Origin: a bacterium
GTDB taxonomy: Bacteria; Patescibacteriota; Dojkabacteria; JAKAPS01; JAJZLI01
Length of the DNA stretch: 64,000 nucleotides
NCBI GenBank assembly: GCA_021846685.1
Contig: JAJZWL010000005.1
Span: 4,722-68,721, forward strand
Direction of reading: 5' to 3'
Part shown: positions 30,429 through 40,907 of the stretch, in pieces
How the letters are laid out: each line of letters starts with the position of its first letter
How positions within the stretch are numbered: the stretch's first letter is position 1
The notes under the pieces: generated by a model
Databases searched by the model: none
Seen by the model: only the letters and a program-made list of their open reading frames with translations
What the model was told of the DNA's origin: nothing
Translations under genes and position numbers: made by a program

Positions 30429-30890
30429 TTATTTTGTTCTTTGATATTTATAATCCAATAACCTTCTAAATTCTAAAATAGTTGTAAACTCCGTTGAAAC
30501 TGTTTCTGTAGGGTTGTGAGGTGGAGTATCCCTTGAGTCTTGTTGAGGAGCAGTTCTTTCTAGTAATGTGATGGAATTGGGGATTCCTTTATGTATCATT
30601 AATAAGGATCTTACTTTATTCCGAACATAGGTTTCTATCGATAATTCATTACCATTTTGTTCCAGGGTTAGTATATCTTGAATATTAACTTCTATTAATT
30701 TCTGTTCTCGTACATAAATTCCTCTTTTTGGTTGAGATATAAATTTTTTACTTTTATCTTCTACTCCTTCTATTCGTAGAAATACAAAATCTTTTTTTTC
30801 AGATATAAGAAGTCCATTTATCTCAGGTTTAAGCACTGATAGTACTGTATTTAATTCTTCTATATTTTCTCCGTGATCTATTTCTGTCAT
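30429..30890 (-). CDS. Hypothetical protein
   Basis: 153 aa; ends 3 nt upstream of the kinase-like gene, so probably co-transcribed. Confidence 0.6.
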   Translation of the reverse strand: MTEIDHGENIEELNTVLSVLKPEINGLLISEKKDFVFLRIEGVEDKSKKFISQPKRGIYVREQKLIEVNIQDILTLEQNGNELSIETYVRNKVRSLLMIHKGIPNSITLLERTAPQQDSRDTPPHNPTETVSTEFTTILEFRRLLDYKYQRTK

Positions 30891-31521
30891 ATGTTCTGTA
30901 TAAATTATTTTTATGAATAAATATCTAAACTTAAAATTATAAAAATAGAGCCTTATTTATTTCAAATTCCTATTTGTATATTATACCAGACTTATAGTAA
31001 ATATGAAATGTCTTGTTTATGTTCATATGTAGGTAATTTTAGAGGATTTTTGTATTTCAAGCTATATGTTATATAATTAAGTATTATATAAATATCTTAG
31101 TTTTTTAATTAAGTATTTTTAAGAATATTAAAGTCATTAAGTTGTCTCTTTCTAAACAAGTTTTTTAATTGTAATATATTTTTCTAAATATGATAAATAG
31201 TCAGAATGTTCAAGTCTATACAGTAGGGAATACAAAGAAGATTTATTCTTCATACGGTATATTAGGTTGTTTCTCTTGTCTTTTCTTTTTTCTTTTTATA
31301 ATCTTTATTTTTATACTTGGAATAATTTCCTTTATTCATATGCTTTAATGCTACTTTTGAATATTTATTTTTTATATTAATCGAATCTTAATAAATATAG
31401 TTTACATTATTAGATAATTTATTAAGATGACTTATACGAGCTGTTCTGATCTATAGTTATGAAAATAATGTGGGGAATGAGCACTTGTTGAAAAATAAGT
31501 AATTTATATAAGGATATATAA

Positions 31522-31749
31522 ATGAAAAATATTTTATCTTCTAAAATATTTATAGCGGTGTTAGCATTTATAGTGGGTGTTGCAGTTGGTTGGTTTCTTT
31601 GGTATTTGGTATATCCAAATTTACATACTAAGGGAAGGCAGGTATGGACAGGAACAGGAAGTGTAAGTAGTCCTCCCGTGAAAACTAAAACTTATACTAA
31701 TAGCAATAACAATACTTACTCACATCATTCAAGTTCATCATACTATTAA
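31522..31749 (+). CDS. Small single-TM protein
   Basis: 75 aa; AAGGA upstream; N-terminal TM. Confidence 0.6.
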   Translation: MKNILSSKIFIAVLAFIVGVAVGWFLWYLVYPNLHTKGRQVWTGTGSVSSPPVKTKTYTNSNNNTYSHHSSSSYY

Positions 31750-31828
31750 TCTTTTAAAAAAATCTTTTTCTATCAATATTAAGTGTATTTTATTTAGTAA
31801 AATATTAAATGTATGATATATTCTTAAT

Positions 31829-32461
31829 ATGAATATATATTTTATTGCTAATCTTTTAGGTTTCGTAGCTGGATTCTTTGGTGTAGTCATGACTATTTTT
31901 CAGGCACAGAAGATTTATAAATCACATGATATTTCAGGAGTTAGTATAGATACGTGGATTGTTGTGAATTTAACTGCAATTACGTGGTTTTCGTTTGGTA
32001 TTTTGTTTAATGATCTGGCTCAAGTAATTTCTAATATAGGTGCATTTTTAGTAAGTTCATTTATTATATTTATGATAGTATACAGAGCTCCTGAACTTAA
32101 AAAATACATGTTAATTATTTTCATTCCACTTATTTATGGATTTATGTTTTTCATGACTGCTAAATTTGTAGGAATAAATAATTCATTAAATATATATGCT
32201 ATTTCTCTTGCTATTCTAATTGGATTACCTCAATTATTGAAAGCCTGGAAAATATCTATTAATGGTATTTCTGTAGCTTCATGGATTACTGTAATTGTAT
32301 ATTCTTTATTATGGATAATACATGCTGTTATTTTAAAAGAACCTTTAGTTATAGCTGCATCTATTATCAATATTTTCTTTGCAGTAGGGATTCTTTGCAT
32401 AATCTTTATTAAAACAAGAAAACTTAATTATATAGATTCTTCAATAAATATTACCAATTAG
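31829..32461 (+). CDS. SWEET/PQ-loop family transporter with two fused MtN3 repeats
   Basis: FQAQKIYKSHDISGVSIDTW and LPQLLKAWKISINGISVASW repeats; about 7 TMs. Confidence 0.75.
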   Translation: MNIYFIANLLGFVAGFFGVVMTIFQAQKIYKSHDISGVSIDTWIVVNLTAITWFSFGILFNDLAQVISNIGAFLVSSFIIFMIVYRAPELKKYMLIIFIPLIYGFMFFMTAKFVGINNSLNIYAISLAILIGLPQLLKAWKISINGISVASWITVIVYSLLWIIHAVILKEPLVIAASIINIFFAVGILCIIFIKTRKLNYIDSSINITN

Positions 32462-32558
32462 TATTATGTTCTTGTTTAAAATAGTCTTTTTATTTAGAGT
32501 ATATACAAACCGCTTGACGCTAGGATTATAATGTAATATATATTTATTATCAAAACAC

Positions 32559-33122
32559 ATGAGTTCTGTTGAAGAATATAAAGCGGTTAGTGAGAAACAG
32601 AATATTCTAGATGAAAACTTTAGAGTAGATGTCCTTGGTGAAGAAAATTTCCTTAAGAAGAAAGATGATATAACTGTTGTTGTAAATAGTGAAGATGGGA
32701 ATTTGAATGATTCACTTGGAGATAGGGGAATAGACTGTTTTATGCAAACAAAAAATGAAATGGAGAGAGTTCTTTTTGTTGAGTATCAAGCAATGCATAT
32801 AGCCGAATTAATGCATCAACTTAGGTTAATCCATGCTTATGAATTACCTTCACTACATCCATGCTCTTCTTTTGTATCTCAAAAGAATCTCTTGCAACTT
32901 CCTAACGATGCAATGCCTGCAAGAAATGATGCAGAGCTAGAAGAGTATATAACTTCCTTAAAAGTATCTTTGAAAGAATATCGAGTCTATACTTTAGGAG
33001 AATGGGCTCCTCGTGATTTTGTGTACTCTCCTTCACAAGGATTTTTAATTATCCCTAATTTTAGATACCTTATACAAAGAGGGAGACCAATGATAAATGT
33101 TGTATCCAATATATTAAATTAA
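32559..33122 (+). CDS. Hypothetical protein
   Basis: 187 aa; preceded by TTGACG and TATAAT-like elements. Confidence 0.65.
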   Translation: MSSVEEYKAVSEKQNILDENFRVDVLGEENFLKKKDDITVVVNSEDGNLNDSLGDRGIDCFMQTKNEMERVLFVEYQAMHIAELMHQLRLIHAYELPSLHPCSSFVSQKNLLQLPNDAMPARNDAELEEYITSLKVSLKEYRVYTLGEWAPRDFVYSPSQGFLIIPNFRYLIQRGRPMINVVSNILN

Positions 33123-33211
33123 TTAGTTAAAATTTTACACTATTAATAATCATTTCATTTGCCATTAATCTTTAAAGTATATTGTGTTCAGATAATTTCA
33201 TTAAATATAGG

Positions 33212-33766
33212 ATGCATAGATTTCAATATGATAAAAATGAAAGGTTAAAAATACAAAATCCAGTTCAAATACTTACTTCATTAGGTTTGAAAAAAGGTGA
33301 TGTATTAGTAGATATAGGTTCTAATAACGGTTTTTTTACTATTCCTGCTGCAGAAATAGTTGGTAAAACAGGGCAAGTCTATGCAGTTGATATAGATAAT
33401 ATTGCAATTACGGATCTACAAGAACGATTAAAAGATAAAGGTTTTTTTAATGTAGAGACTTTTATCTCTAGTGGGGAAGATTTTAGAAAAGATGATATTA
33501 ATGCAGATATAATTTTTCTAGGAACAGTACTTCATGATTTTCAAACTCCTTTTAAAGTTTTAGAAAATGCCTTTTTTATGCTTAAATCTGGTGGTAAATT
33601 AGTTAATTTTGATTGGAAAAAGAAAGAAACATTAATGGGTCCTCCTTTAGATATAAGATTTTCCGAAAAACAGGCAGAAGAAATGCTTAAAAAAGCTCAC
33701 TTTACAGATATAAAAACAGAAGATATCTCAGAGAATTTTTATCAAGTAACTGGATTCAAAGATTAA
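33212..33766 (+). CDS. Class I SAM-dependent methyltransferase
   Basis: LVDIGSNNGFF, VYAVDI, VLHD, LKSGG and DWKK...GPP motifs. Confidence 0.88.
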   Translation: MHRFQYDKNERLKIQNPVQILTSLGLKKGDVLVDIGSNNGFFTIPAAEIVGKTGQVYAVDIDNIAITDLQERLKDKGFFNVETFISSGEDFRKDDINADIIFLGTVLHDFQTPFKVLENAFFMLKSGGKLVNFDWKKKETLMGPPLDIRFSEKQAEEMLKKAHFTDIKTEDISENFYQVTGFKD

Positions 33767-33767
33767 T

Positions 33768-34865
33768 TTATAAGGAGTTTATTAATTTAAAATAATCTTT
33801 ATATATGTTCTTATATAAATAGTTGTAACTAGTTTTTCTTGCATTTTTTGAATAATTTTCATAATTTTGGAATATTATATCAATAGAGTTTTCTATATTG
33901 GTAGTTTTTAAATCAGTTAATATTCCATTTTTATTATTTTCTATTAAATCCTTTGCAGCATTATCCTTTCCGTTAAAACATACAACTGGGAGTCCTATAT
34001 TCATTGCTTCTAAGGTTACTATAGAAAAACCTTCTCTAGAAGAGAGCATCATGAAAATTCTTGATTGTGCTATCTTTTTATATACATCTATTTCTTTTTT
34101 TACAAAACCTGCAAATTCAATATTTTTATTTTTATATTTTTCTTTATATCTCTCACTCTCTGGGCCACTTCCAATAATCAGTGTTTTTAAATTTTTATTT
34201 AGATATGAAAGGTTTAAAATTTTATCTATATTTTTAAAATCAATTATTCTTCCCGCATATACCAAGTCATATAATTTATGTTCTCTTTTAATCTTTATAT
34301 CCTCAATTCCGTTAGATATTACATAAACTTTTTTATTTGTTTTCTTCGCTATTCTTTTTTTTGTGAATTGACTTACAGATACTATATTCTCTGATAAATA
34401 TAATGCCAAGTTTTGAATTGTAAATCCAAGTATTCCTGTTAATTTCGAAGAATATTTTATCCAGTAATCTTTATCCCAGTATTCATGCCAAGTTATTATT
34501 ACTTTTGTTTTTCTTTTTATAGTAGTTATTAATTTTATAGAAAATATATGAAAAAAAGGATTGGCTGTCGCATCTATGATGTCATAGTCATTTTTTAGTA
34601 AAAAAAAGAATAGTGAAATTGCAAAATGTATACTTAATAATATTTTTCTTTTTCCTTTTTTATTATATATTTCAGAATAGTTATTTAAAGTATGATAGTA
34701 TATTTTATTTTTTTCAAATTCCTTCTCTAATCCTATTTTGTGCATTCCTATTACATGAACTTCAAAATCTTTCTTTAAATATTTAGAGAGAGCATATATT
34801 CTTTTTTCAGCTCCTCCTAGTTGATATGGATATATACAGTCATATATTAATGCAATCTTTTTCAT
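33768..34865 (-). CDS. GT4 glycosyltransferase
   Basis: YPYQLGGAEKR, TWHEYW and SSREGFSIVTLEAM motifs. Start moved to MKKIALI. Confidence 0.9.
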   Translation of the reverse strand: MKKIALIYDCIYPYQLGGAEKRIYALSKYLKKDFEVHVIGMHKIGLEKEFEKNKIYYHTLNNYSEIYNKKGKRKILLSIHFAISLFFFLLKNDYDIIDATANPFFHIFSIKLITTIKRKTKVIITWHEYWDKDYWIKYSSKLTGILGFTIQNLALYLSENIVSVSQFTKKRIAKKTNKKVYVISNGIEDIKIKREHKLYDLVYAGRIIDFKNIDKILNLSYLNKNLKTLIIGSGPESERYKEKYKNKNIEFAGFVKKEIDVYKKIAQSRIFMMLSSREGFSIVTLEAMNIGLPVVCFNGKDNAAKDLIENNKNGILTDLKTTNIENSIDIIFQNYENYSKNARKTSYNYLYKNIYKDYFKLINSL

Positions 34866-34975
34866 TATATATATCATATCATATTGGTGTGACATGCAGT
34901 AGTAAGCGATATTATTAGCTATTAATTTTGAAAATATGATATTAAGTATTATAATATGCGTTATTAATTAAAACT

Positions 34976-35707
34976 ATGACTAGCGCAGAATTGTTTTATA
35001 CACCAGAGTTTGATGTGAAATATGAGGCTTATTTACCCCATGTTTCTTTATATGAATATTCTAAAATCTTTTCTAGATATAGTCTTGGGCATAAAATACA
35101 GTGTTTAGAATCGCGAAGAGTTTCTGAACATTCAAATTCTCTTGATAGAGATCCAAATTCTTTTGCTTTAGATAATCAAGAATTTGGCGTATATGATGAA
35201 TCTACTTTTAATGATAGAGATTTTAGATATCGCAGAAAAATATCATCTTATCTTGAACATGAGGTGTCTAGGGAATTTATATTGGATGTTTCAGGATACA
35301 TGGCATCTTCCGATAAACCAGATGAAGCCATAGAAGATATATATGATGAGTTCATGTTAATTCATGATGAATTTCAAGGATTAGATGATTTAGATATTTT
35401 GGAATTCCTTTTGTTTTATAGGAATTATCGTAACCGCACTAATATTGAGGAAAAAATAGATTTATATTCTAGACAAAAAGGTGAAATGGGTAGCCTAATA
35501 ACAGATTCTATATTAAAGCATATTATTTTAGCTCAAGGATTGAGAACTATTAAAAATGATCAATTAATTAAAATTAAAGATGATATTGAAGGTTTAGCAG
35601 ATGTATACCCAACTACTCCTTTATATTTAATTTCTGCATTTGCAATATATGGAAAACATCCTTATTCCGAACTACCTTTATATTATGTAGTGGGAGGAAT
35701 AGATTAA
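34976..35707 (+). CDS. Hypothetical acidic protein
   Basis: 243-aa ORF; no recognised motif. Confidence 0.65.
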   Translation: MTSAELFYTPEFDVKYEAYLPHVSLYEYSKIFSRYSLGHKIQCLESRRVSEHSNSLDRDPNSFALDNQEFGVYDESTFNDRDFRYRRKISSYLEHEVSREFILDVSGYMASSDKPDEAIEDIYDEFMLIHDEFQGLDDLDILEFLLFYRNYRNRTNIEEKIDLYSRQKGEMGSLITDSILKHIILAQGLRTIKNDQLIKIKDDIEGLADVYPTTPLYLISAFAIYGKHPYSELPLYYVVGGID

Positions 35708-36351
35708 TTATTTGCAGTAAAACTTCCACTATCTATTGTTTTAGTATTTCCAGATGAATAATTTGTTATGGAGATTGTATATTCTCCTGACATTCCAGAT
35801 GAATTTGTCTCTTCTTGGTAATTTGGTTCGTAGTTAGCTTTTTCTCCTGTGAATATTAAGCAATAATTATTATTGATTTCTTTAGCACTGGTAATTACAC
35901 CATTAGATACATCAGTAGTTGTCTCTATATTTCCAATAGATCCTGTCATACTAGGGAAGGATATTCCATTTCCAGTCATAAAATTTTCACCAGTTACAGT
36001 GACAGAAGACTTGTTATTAGTATTTTGATTTTTAAATGCTGCTGCTATTTTAGGATTATTTCCTATGTCGACTACAACCGTTATCAAATTTCCATTTCCG
36101 TCAAGATAAACCTCTCCTGGGTGTAAGTTTTCAGGAATACCATTACTATTTTTCTCGCTTGTATTTACCAAATGTAAACTTTGGTTGTCGTTATTAGTTT
36201 TACCACCAGATTCTAATGAAGCTATAGTTGCCCCTGCACCTAATAATGCTAATGTAATAGCCAATCCTCTTACAACCTTTCCTCTTCGTGTTAGTCGAGA
36301 CTCTTTATGGTTATTTTCCTGAATTGATTTTAAAGCTTCGTCGTTATTCAT
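35704..36351 (-). CDS. Membrane-anchored extracytoplasmic protein
   Basis: RLTRRGKVVRG followed by one TM and an Asn/Thr/Gly-rich beta domain. Start moved to MNNDEA because the track's TTG start is the -35 box. Confidence 0.7.
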   Translation of the reverse strand: MNNDEALKSIQENNHKESRLTRRGKVVRGLAITLALLGAGATIASLESGGKTNNDNQSLHLVNTSEKNSNGIPENLHPGEVYLDGNGNLITVVVDIGNNPKIAAAFKNQNTNNKSSVTVTGENFMTGNGISFPSMTGSIGNIETTTDVSNGVITSAKEINNNYCLIFTGEKANYEPNYQEETNSSGMSGEYTISITNYSSGNTKTIDSGSFTANN

Positions 36352-36478
36352 AATTAACCCTATAATATTATATCTTATAGTTTTTGTCAATAGGGATTGT
36401 TTGTGTTGGTTAAGATATGAAAAAAAAGCTATATTTCATATCTTATTCGAGTTAAGTGGTGTGATTTTTTTTGATATA

Positions 36479-37615
36479 TTATTTTTTAAGAGAGATAATT
36501 TTTGAAAAAAGACCTGCAAATATTGTCTGAGTCCCTAATATGAAGATGGTTACTCCTGAGATTATTCTTCCTGAACTTAGTAATGATCCAGTTTTAGTCT
36601 GTATCCAGATTATATATGCATCAATTAGTATTATGATACTAAGTAATATTAATATTAATCCTAAAATTAATATTTTATTCATATCTAATTTTTGAATAAA
36701 TTTTGTTACTCTGTCTTGTTGTATAAATTTTTCCATTAAAGAGTATTGTTTTGTTAAAAAACCAAATATTAAAATATTGTATCCTAATATAACTAATGTA
36801 GATGCAAGATAGAGTACATGGTAGTAGAATGTTCTTCCGAAAATTGTAAAGTGTCCAGGAGAAAGTAATATGAATATTATAATTCCTATTAGAAACAATA
36901 AAAACCCAGGATATATAAATGTAAAATTAGTACCTTGTGTTAATAAAAAAGAAAGATGTCTCCATCCATCTTTAAATGTAGATAGTTTTGCCTCAGAGCC
37001 CTTTCTTTTAGATAATGTTATTGGAACTTCTGATATTTTTAATTTCAATTTTGAAGATTTCACAACCATTTCAGATGCAAATTCCATACCTTCTGTTTGC
37101 ATATCTAATTTTTTATATGCTTCTTTTTTTATTCCTCTTATTCCACAATGAGCGTCTGATATACTTGTTCCATAAAAAATATTTAAAATGAAAGTAAGTA
37201 TAGGGGCACCAATCCTGTGAGATAAAGGAGAAGCTCCTTTTTCTATTTTGCCTTTTTTATATCTATCACCCATGACAAAGTCATAACCTGTTTTTAACTT
37301 TTTATATATTTTTTTTGATTCATAAAAATCATATGTGTCGTCAGCATCAGCCATAATTATATATTCTCCCTTAGCTTCTTTAAATCCTCTTTTAAGAGCA
37401 TTTCCATAACCTTTATGCAATTCTTTAAATACCTGTGCACCAGATTTTTTTGCTATATCAAAAGATTTATCCGTGGAATTATTATCAATAACTATAACCT
37501 CTCCCTTAATTTTTAAATCTTTTATGGCTTTTTTTGCTTTTTTAACACATATTGCTACAGTACTTTCTTCGTTGTAACAAGGCATTATTATTGAGAGTTC
37601 TATACTTGTCTTCAT
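36479..37615 (-). CDS. GT2 polyprenol-phosphate glycosyltransferase (DPM synthase-like) with C-terminal TMs
   Basis: MPCYNEE, GYGNAL, MADADDTYD, SDAHCG, GMEFASEM and FKDGWRHL motifs. Confidence 0.9.
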   Translation of the reverse strand: MKTSIELSIIMPCYNEESTVAICVKKAKKAIKDLKIKGEVIVIDNNSTDKSFDIAKKSGAQVFKELHKGYGNALKRGFKEAKGEYIIMADADDTYDFYESKKIYKKLKTGYDFVMGDRYKKGKIEKGASPLSHRIGAPILTFILNIFYGTSISDAHCGIRGIKKEAYKKLDMQTEGMEFASEMVVKSSKLKLKISEVPITLSKRKGSEAKLSTFKDGWRHLSFLLTQGTNFTFIYPGFLLFLIGIIIFILLSPGHFTIFGRTFYYHVLYLASTLVILGYNILIFGFLTKQYSLMEKFIQQDRVTKFIQKLDMNKILILGLILILLSIIILIDAYIIWIQTKTGSLLSSGRIISGVTIFILGTQTIFAGLFSKIISLKK

Positions 37616-37743
37616 ATTTTTGAGATTGTATCATATTTAGCTCATATTTATAAGATTTTTCACTCTTTATGGTATTTAATTAAAAAAAGTAGAGGAATTT
37701 ATAACATTTCTAATATATATATTAGATGTTATAATAAAACTCA

Positions 37744-38469
37744 ATGGCTAAACTACTATTTGCAGGTTCTGGAGAGTTTACTGATTCTATGAATGACATA
37801 GATAGCTATCTCTGTTCTAGTATAAATTTAACTAAAATTATGATTATCCCAACTGCGGCAGGTAAGGAAAAAGATTTTCATAAATGGATAGATAATGGTA
37901 TTTCTCATTTTAAAAAAATTGGAAAGGAGGCTTTCGGGGGGGATTTAATATCAAGAGAGGATTATTTTAAAGATGAATATATTGCTCTTCTTGATAAAAC
38001 TAATTTTATATATTTTTCAGGTGGAGATCCTGAATATTTATTATCTTGTATTGAAAACACTCCATTTTTAGAAAAACTTTTGAGTAAATTAAAAGAGAAA
38101 GATTTTATTCTAGCAGGATCCTCAGCAGGAGCTATGATTATGGGAAGTTATACTCCTGTTAATATTTTAAATAGAATATTCTCTTCGAATAAAAAGGGGG
38201 TCTTTATTAGAGAGGCATTAGATCTAGGTCATTTTATAGTGATTCCTCACTTTAATAAAATTCCTAAAATATTAGAATTAAAATATATAAGTGAAAGAAT
38301 AATAAATAGTTTACCCGATATAACTATTGTGGGAATAGATGAAGATACCGCTATATTAACTGAAAATAATACAGAATTTAAAGTGTTAGGAAAAGGGAGT
38401 GTCTATATTATTAATGGTAATGCAAAGATAATTTCATATAAAAATTATGAAATATTTAATATAAAATGA
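37744..38469 (+). CDS. Peptidase S51 (dipeptidase E/cyanophycinase-like)
   Basis: IPTAAG, YFSGGDP, nucleophile motif GSSAGAM, IPHF and GIDEDTA. Confidence 0.88.
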   Translation: MAKLLFAGSGEFTDSMNDIDSYLCSSINLTKIMIIPTAAGKEKDFHKWIDNGISHFKKIGKEAFGGDLISREDYFKDEYIALLDKTNFIYFSGGDPEYLLSCIENTPFLEKLLSKLKEKDFILAGSSAGAMIMGSYTPVNILNRIFSSNKKGVFIREALDLGHFIVIPHFNKIPKILELKYISERIINSLPDITIVGIDEDTAILTENNTEFKVLGKGSVYIINGNAKIISYKNYEIFNIK

Positions 38470-40463
38470 AAAAATATTTTTACATAAATCAATTCTTAAT
38501 TATTCTTCTGTATATATATCTTTTTATATTTCCATACAGTTATATCCCTTTTTTTATTATTTTACTATTGATATTAATTACATTTTTATATACCGATGGT
38601 AAAATTTTAAAAAAAATTATTAATTTATTTTTTAAATATACAGAGAGTATAAGGCGAACTTTTTTTGCTACTTTTATTCCAATTTTACTTTTTATTGCAT
38701 ATTCTTTCCATAATTTGCTATTGTTATTCTATTTGATATCTATTTTGATACTATTATTTTACTTATTTTTGTTTATAAAGTCATTATTTATTCTAAAAAA
38801 GATAAATTTAAAGTTATCGGCAACTAATTTGCCTCAGGAAAAAAATTTAGAAAGTATATTCTCTAAATTACCCCTCAATATATTATATGTATGTAGTAAA
38901 AAAGAGGTATTTCAAGAGATTCAAGTTAGTCATACTTTAAAAGATAATATAGTAGATATTGTACATATTAATTATCCAGATATAATGATTACTGAAGTTG
39001 AAAATACATCTAAAAAGAAATATAAAAAATATTTATTTATAGACTCATCTTTTGATTATTATGATAATATTATGCAGATTTTAAAGGATAATAAAGATAT
39101 TTCATTTAAATTTATTTTCAGAAATCCTTATAGATTTATGAATTTATCTTTAGTTTTATTAAAAATAGAATCCAATGATAAAAATCTTTTAAAAAGAATA
39201 AATACGTTATTTTCTGATAATCTACAAAAAGATCTAATATTTGATAATAAAAAATTATCAAAGGTATTTCATCCAATTGTCGACTCAGGGAATATAATTG
39301 ATGTAGTTGAATCAAGTTCCGAAATAAATGTACCCTTAAAAATATTAGATTCTAATAAAGGTGTATTAATGGGAATTAATCGTGGTAATAGAATTTATAT
39401 TTCACCTAAACATTTTTTATCACACAGTTATTTAATAGGAAAAACAGGGTCGGGTAAAAGTGTTTTTATGAGTAATATTATTATTCAAAATATAAAGAAA
39501 ATGAATCCATGTATTGTAATTGATCCTCATAATATTGCGGATATAATTTTGTCAAAATTGAATAAAAAAGATTTGAAGAATGTAGTTTTGGTCGATTTTT
39601 CTGATCTTAAATATTCTATTAATCCATTAGATTTAAGTAGTAGTAAAAATCCTTATCTTTTGATAGATAATACCGTATCTATATTTAAAGATCTTTATTC
39701 TGAATTTTGGGGTCCTCAAAGTGATGATATTTTAAGAAGAAGCCTGTCGGCGCTAATTTTTTCAGAAGAAGATTATTCTATTCTAGATTTAGAAGAATTT
39801 CTTACAGATGATCATTTTAGATTAAAAGTTCTTTTTTCTGTACATGATAGAGATACTTTAGATTATTTTGATAATATTTTTTCTAAATGGGATAATAGAT
39901 CTAGGTCAGAGAGAATCTCTCCTATTTTGAATAAAATAGGAAGACTAAAGTCTGATAAGTTTATATCACAATTTGTCTCTGGAAATAAAGATCTGCTAGA
40001 TTTAAAAACTCTTGTAAAAGAGGGCAAAAGTGTCATTTTTTCTGTATCAAAGAAGTTTGTAGGAGAAGAGAACTCTAAATTTTTAGGATCTCTTGTTATA
40101 AATCAAATTAGGAATGTTATTCTTCAAGAAGATATTAGCAGGCATATATACTTATATATAGACGAATTCCAGAATTTTATATCAGATAACTTCTTGTTTA
40201 TCTTTTCAGAATCAAGAAAATATAACTTATCAATATTTATAGCAAATCAATATATAGACCAAATAGATCAAAAGTACCTTTCTAGTATAATAGAGAATTG
40301 TTCTAATTTTTATGTAATGGATATAGGAGAAAATTCGAAGAAATATTTATCTCAAGTTCTAAAATTTGAGATACCTTCGAAAATATCTGAACATATTATT
40401 TATGCTAAAAATGGCAATAACCCTATCTATACAATTTATTCTTATGTTAAAAAGCATGGTTGA
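38466..40463 (+). CDS. VirD4/TraD-like type IV coupling ATPase (HerA/FtsK clade) with N-terminal TMs
   Basis: N-terminal TMs; HSYLIGKTGSGKS Walker A; VIDPH; INPL; FWGPQ; LYIDEFQNF Walker B; SESRKYNL-ANQYIDQ. Confidence 0.85.
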   Translation: MKKYFYINQFLIILLYIYLFIFPYSYIPFFIILLLILITFLYTDGKILKKIINLFFKYTESIRRTFFATFIPILLFIAYSFHNLLLLFYLISILILLFYLFLFIKSLFILKKINLKLSATNLPQEKNLESIFSKLPLNILYVCSKKEVFQEIQVSHTLKDNIVDIVHINYPDIMITEVENTSKKKYKKYLFIDSSFDYYDNIMQILKDNKDISFKFIFRNPYRFMNLSLVLLKIESNDKNLLKRINTLFSDNLQKDLIFDNKKLSKVFHPIVDSGNIIDVVESSSEINVPLKILDSNKGVLMGINRGNRIYISPKHFLSHSYLIGKTGSGKSVFMSNIIIQNIKKMNPCIVIDPHNIADIILSKLNKKDLKNVVLVDFSDLKYSINPLDLSSSKNPYLLIDNTVSIFKDLYSEFWGPQSDDILRRSLSALIFSEEDYSILDLEEFLTDDHFRLKVLFSVHDRDTLDYFDNIFSKWDNRSRSERISPILNKIGRLKSDKFISQFVSGNKDLLDLKTLVKEGKSVIFSVSKKFVGEENSKFLGSLVINQIRNVILQEDISRHIYLYIDEFQNFISDNFLFIFSESRKYNLSIFIANQYIDQIDQKYLSSIIENCSNFYVMDIGENSKKYLSQVLKFEIPSKISEHIIYAKNGNNPIYTIYSYVKKHG

Positions 40464-40905
40464 CAAGTTGATACTTACAATATATTCGAAAATAGACTTT
40501 TATCCAGAAGCAATAAGGATTAAATCAGATATTGAAAATTCAGGATATCTTTGTTTTTTGCCATTTGAAGAAGGGTATAATTCTCTGCTAGTAGGTAAAA
40601 ATGGGGATATTGATTATAAATTGTTATCTAAAATGAAAAATAAAAATAATTATTTAAAAAAAGAATTTGAATATATAAATTCTTCTCATGCTATTTTGCT
40701 TTTAAATTATAGTTGGAATAATATTGACGGATATATAGGCTCTAATATGTTTTTGCAAATTGGTATTGCATATATATTAAAAAAGAAAATATTTATACTA
40801 AATACTTTAAATGATTCTCAAATAGGATTAAAAAATGAAATAATGTTAATGAATCCTATTGTTCTTAAGGGAAATGTAAATAAAATAAAAAATTACCTGT
40901 TTTAG
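40456..40905 (+). CDS. Nucleoside 2-deoxyribosyltransferase-like (NDT/TIR-like fold) protein
   Basis: INSSHAILLLN...GYIGSNMFLQIGIAYILKKKIFILN. Start moved to MVDKL, which overlaps the virD4-like stop. Confidence 0.65.
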   Translation: MVDKLILTIYSKIDFYPEAIRIKSDIENSGYLCFLPFEEGYNSLLVGKNGDIDYKLLSKMKNKNNYLKKEFEYINSSHAILLLNYSWNNIDGYIGSNMFLQIGIAYILKKKIFILNTLNDSQIGLKNEIMLMNPIVLKGNVNKIKNYLF

Positions 40906-40907
40906 TT

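Noticed and set aside
30891-31521. Long intergenic region as a possible ncRNA (likewise 8810-9287 and 46990-47200)
   Set aside because: Extremely AT-rich with no convincing stems or recognisable RNA motif; cannot be supported without a covariance-model search.
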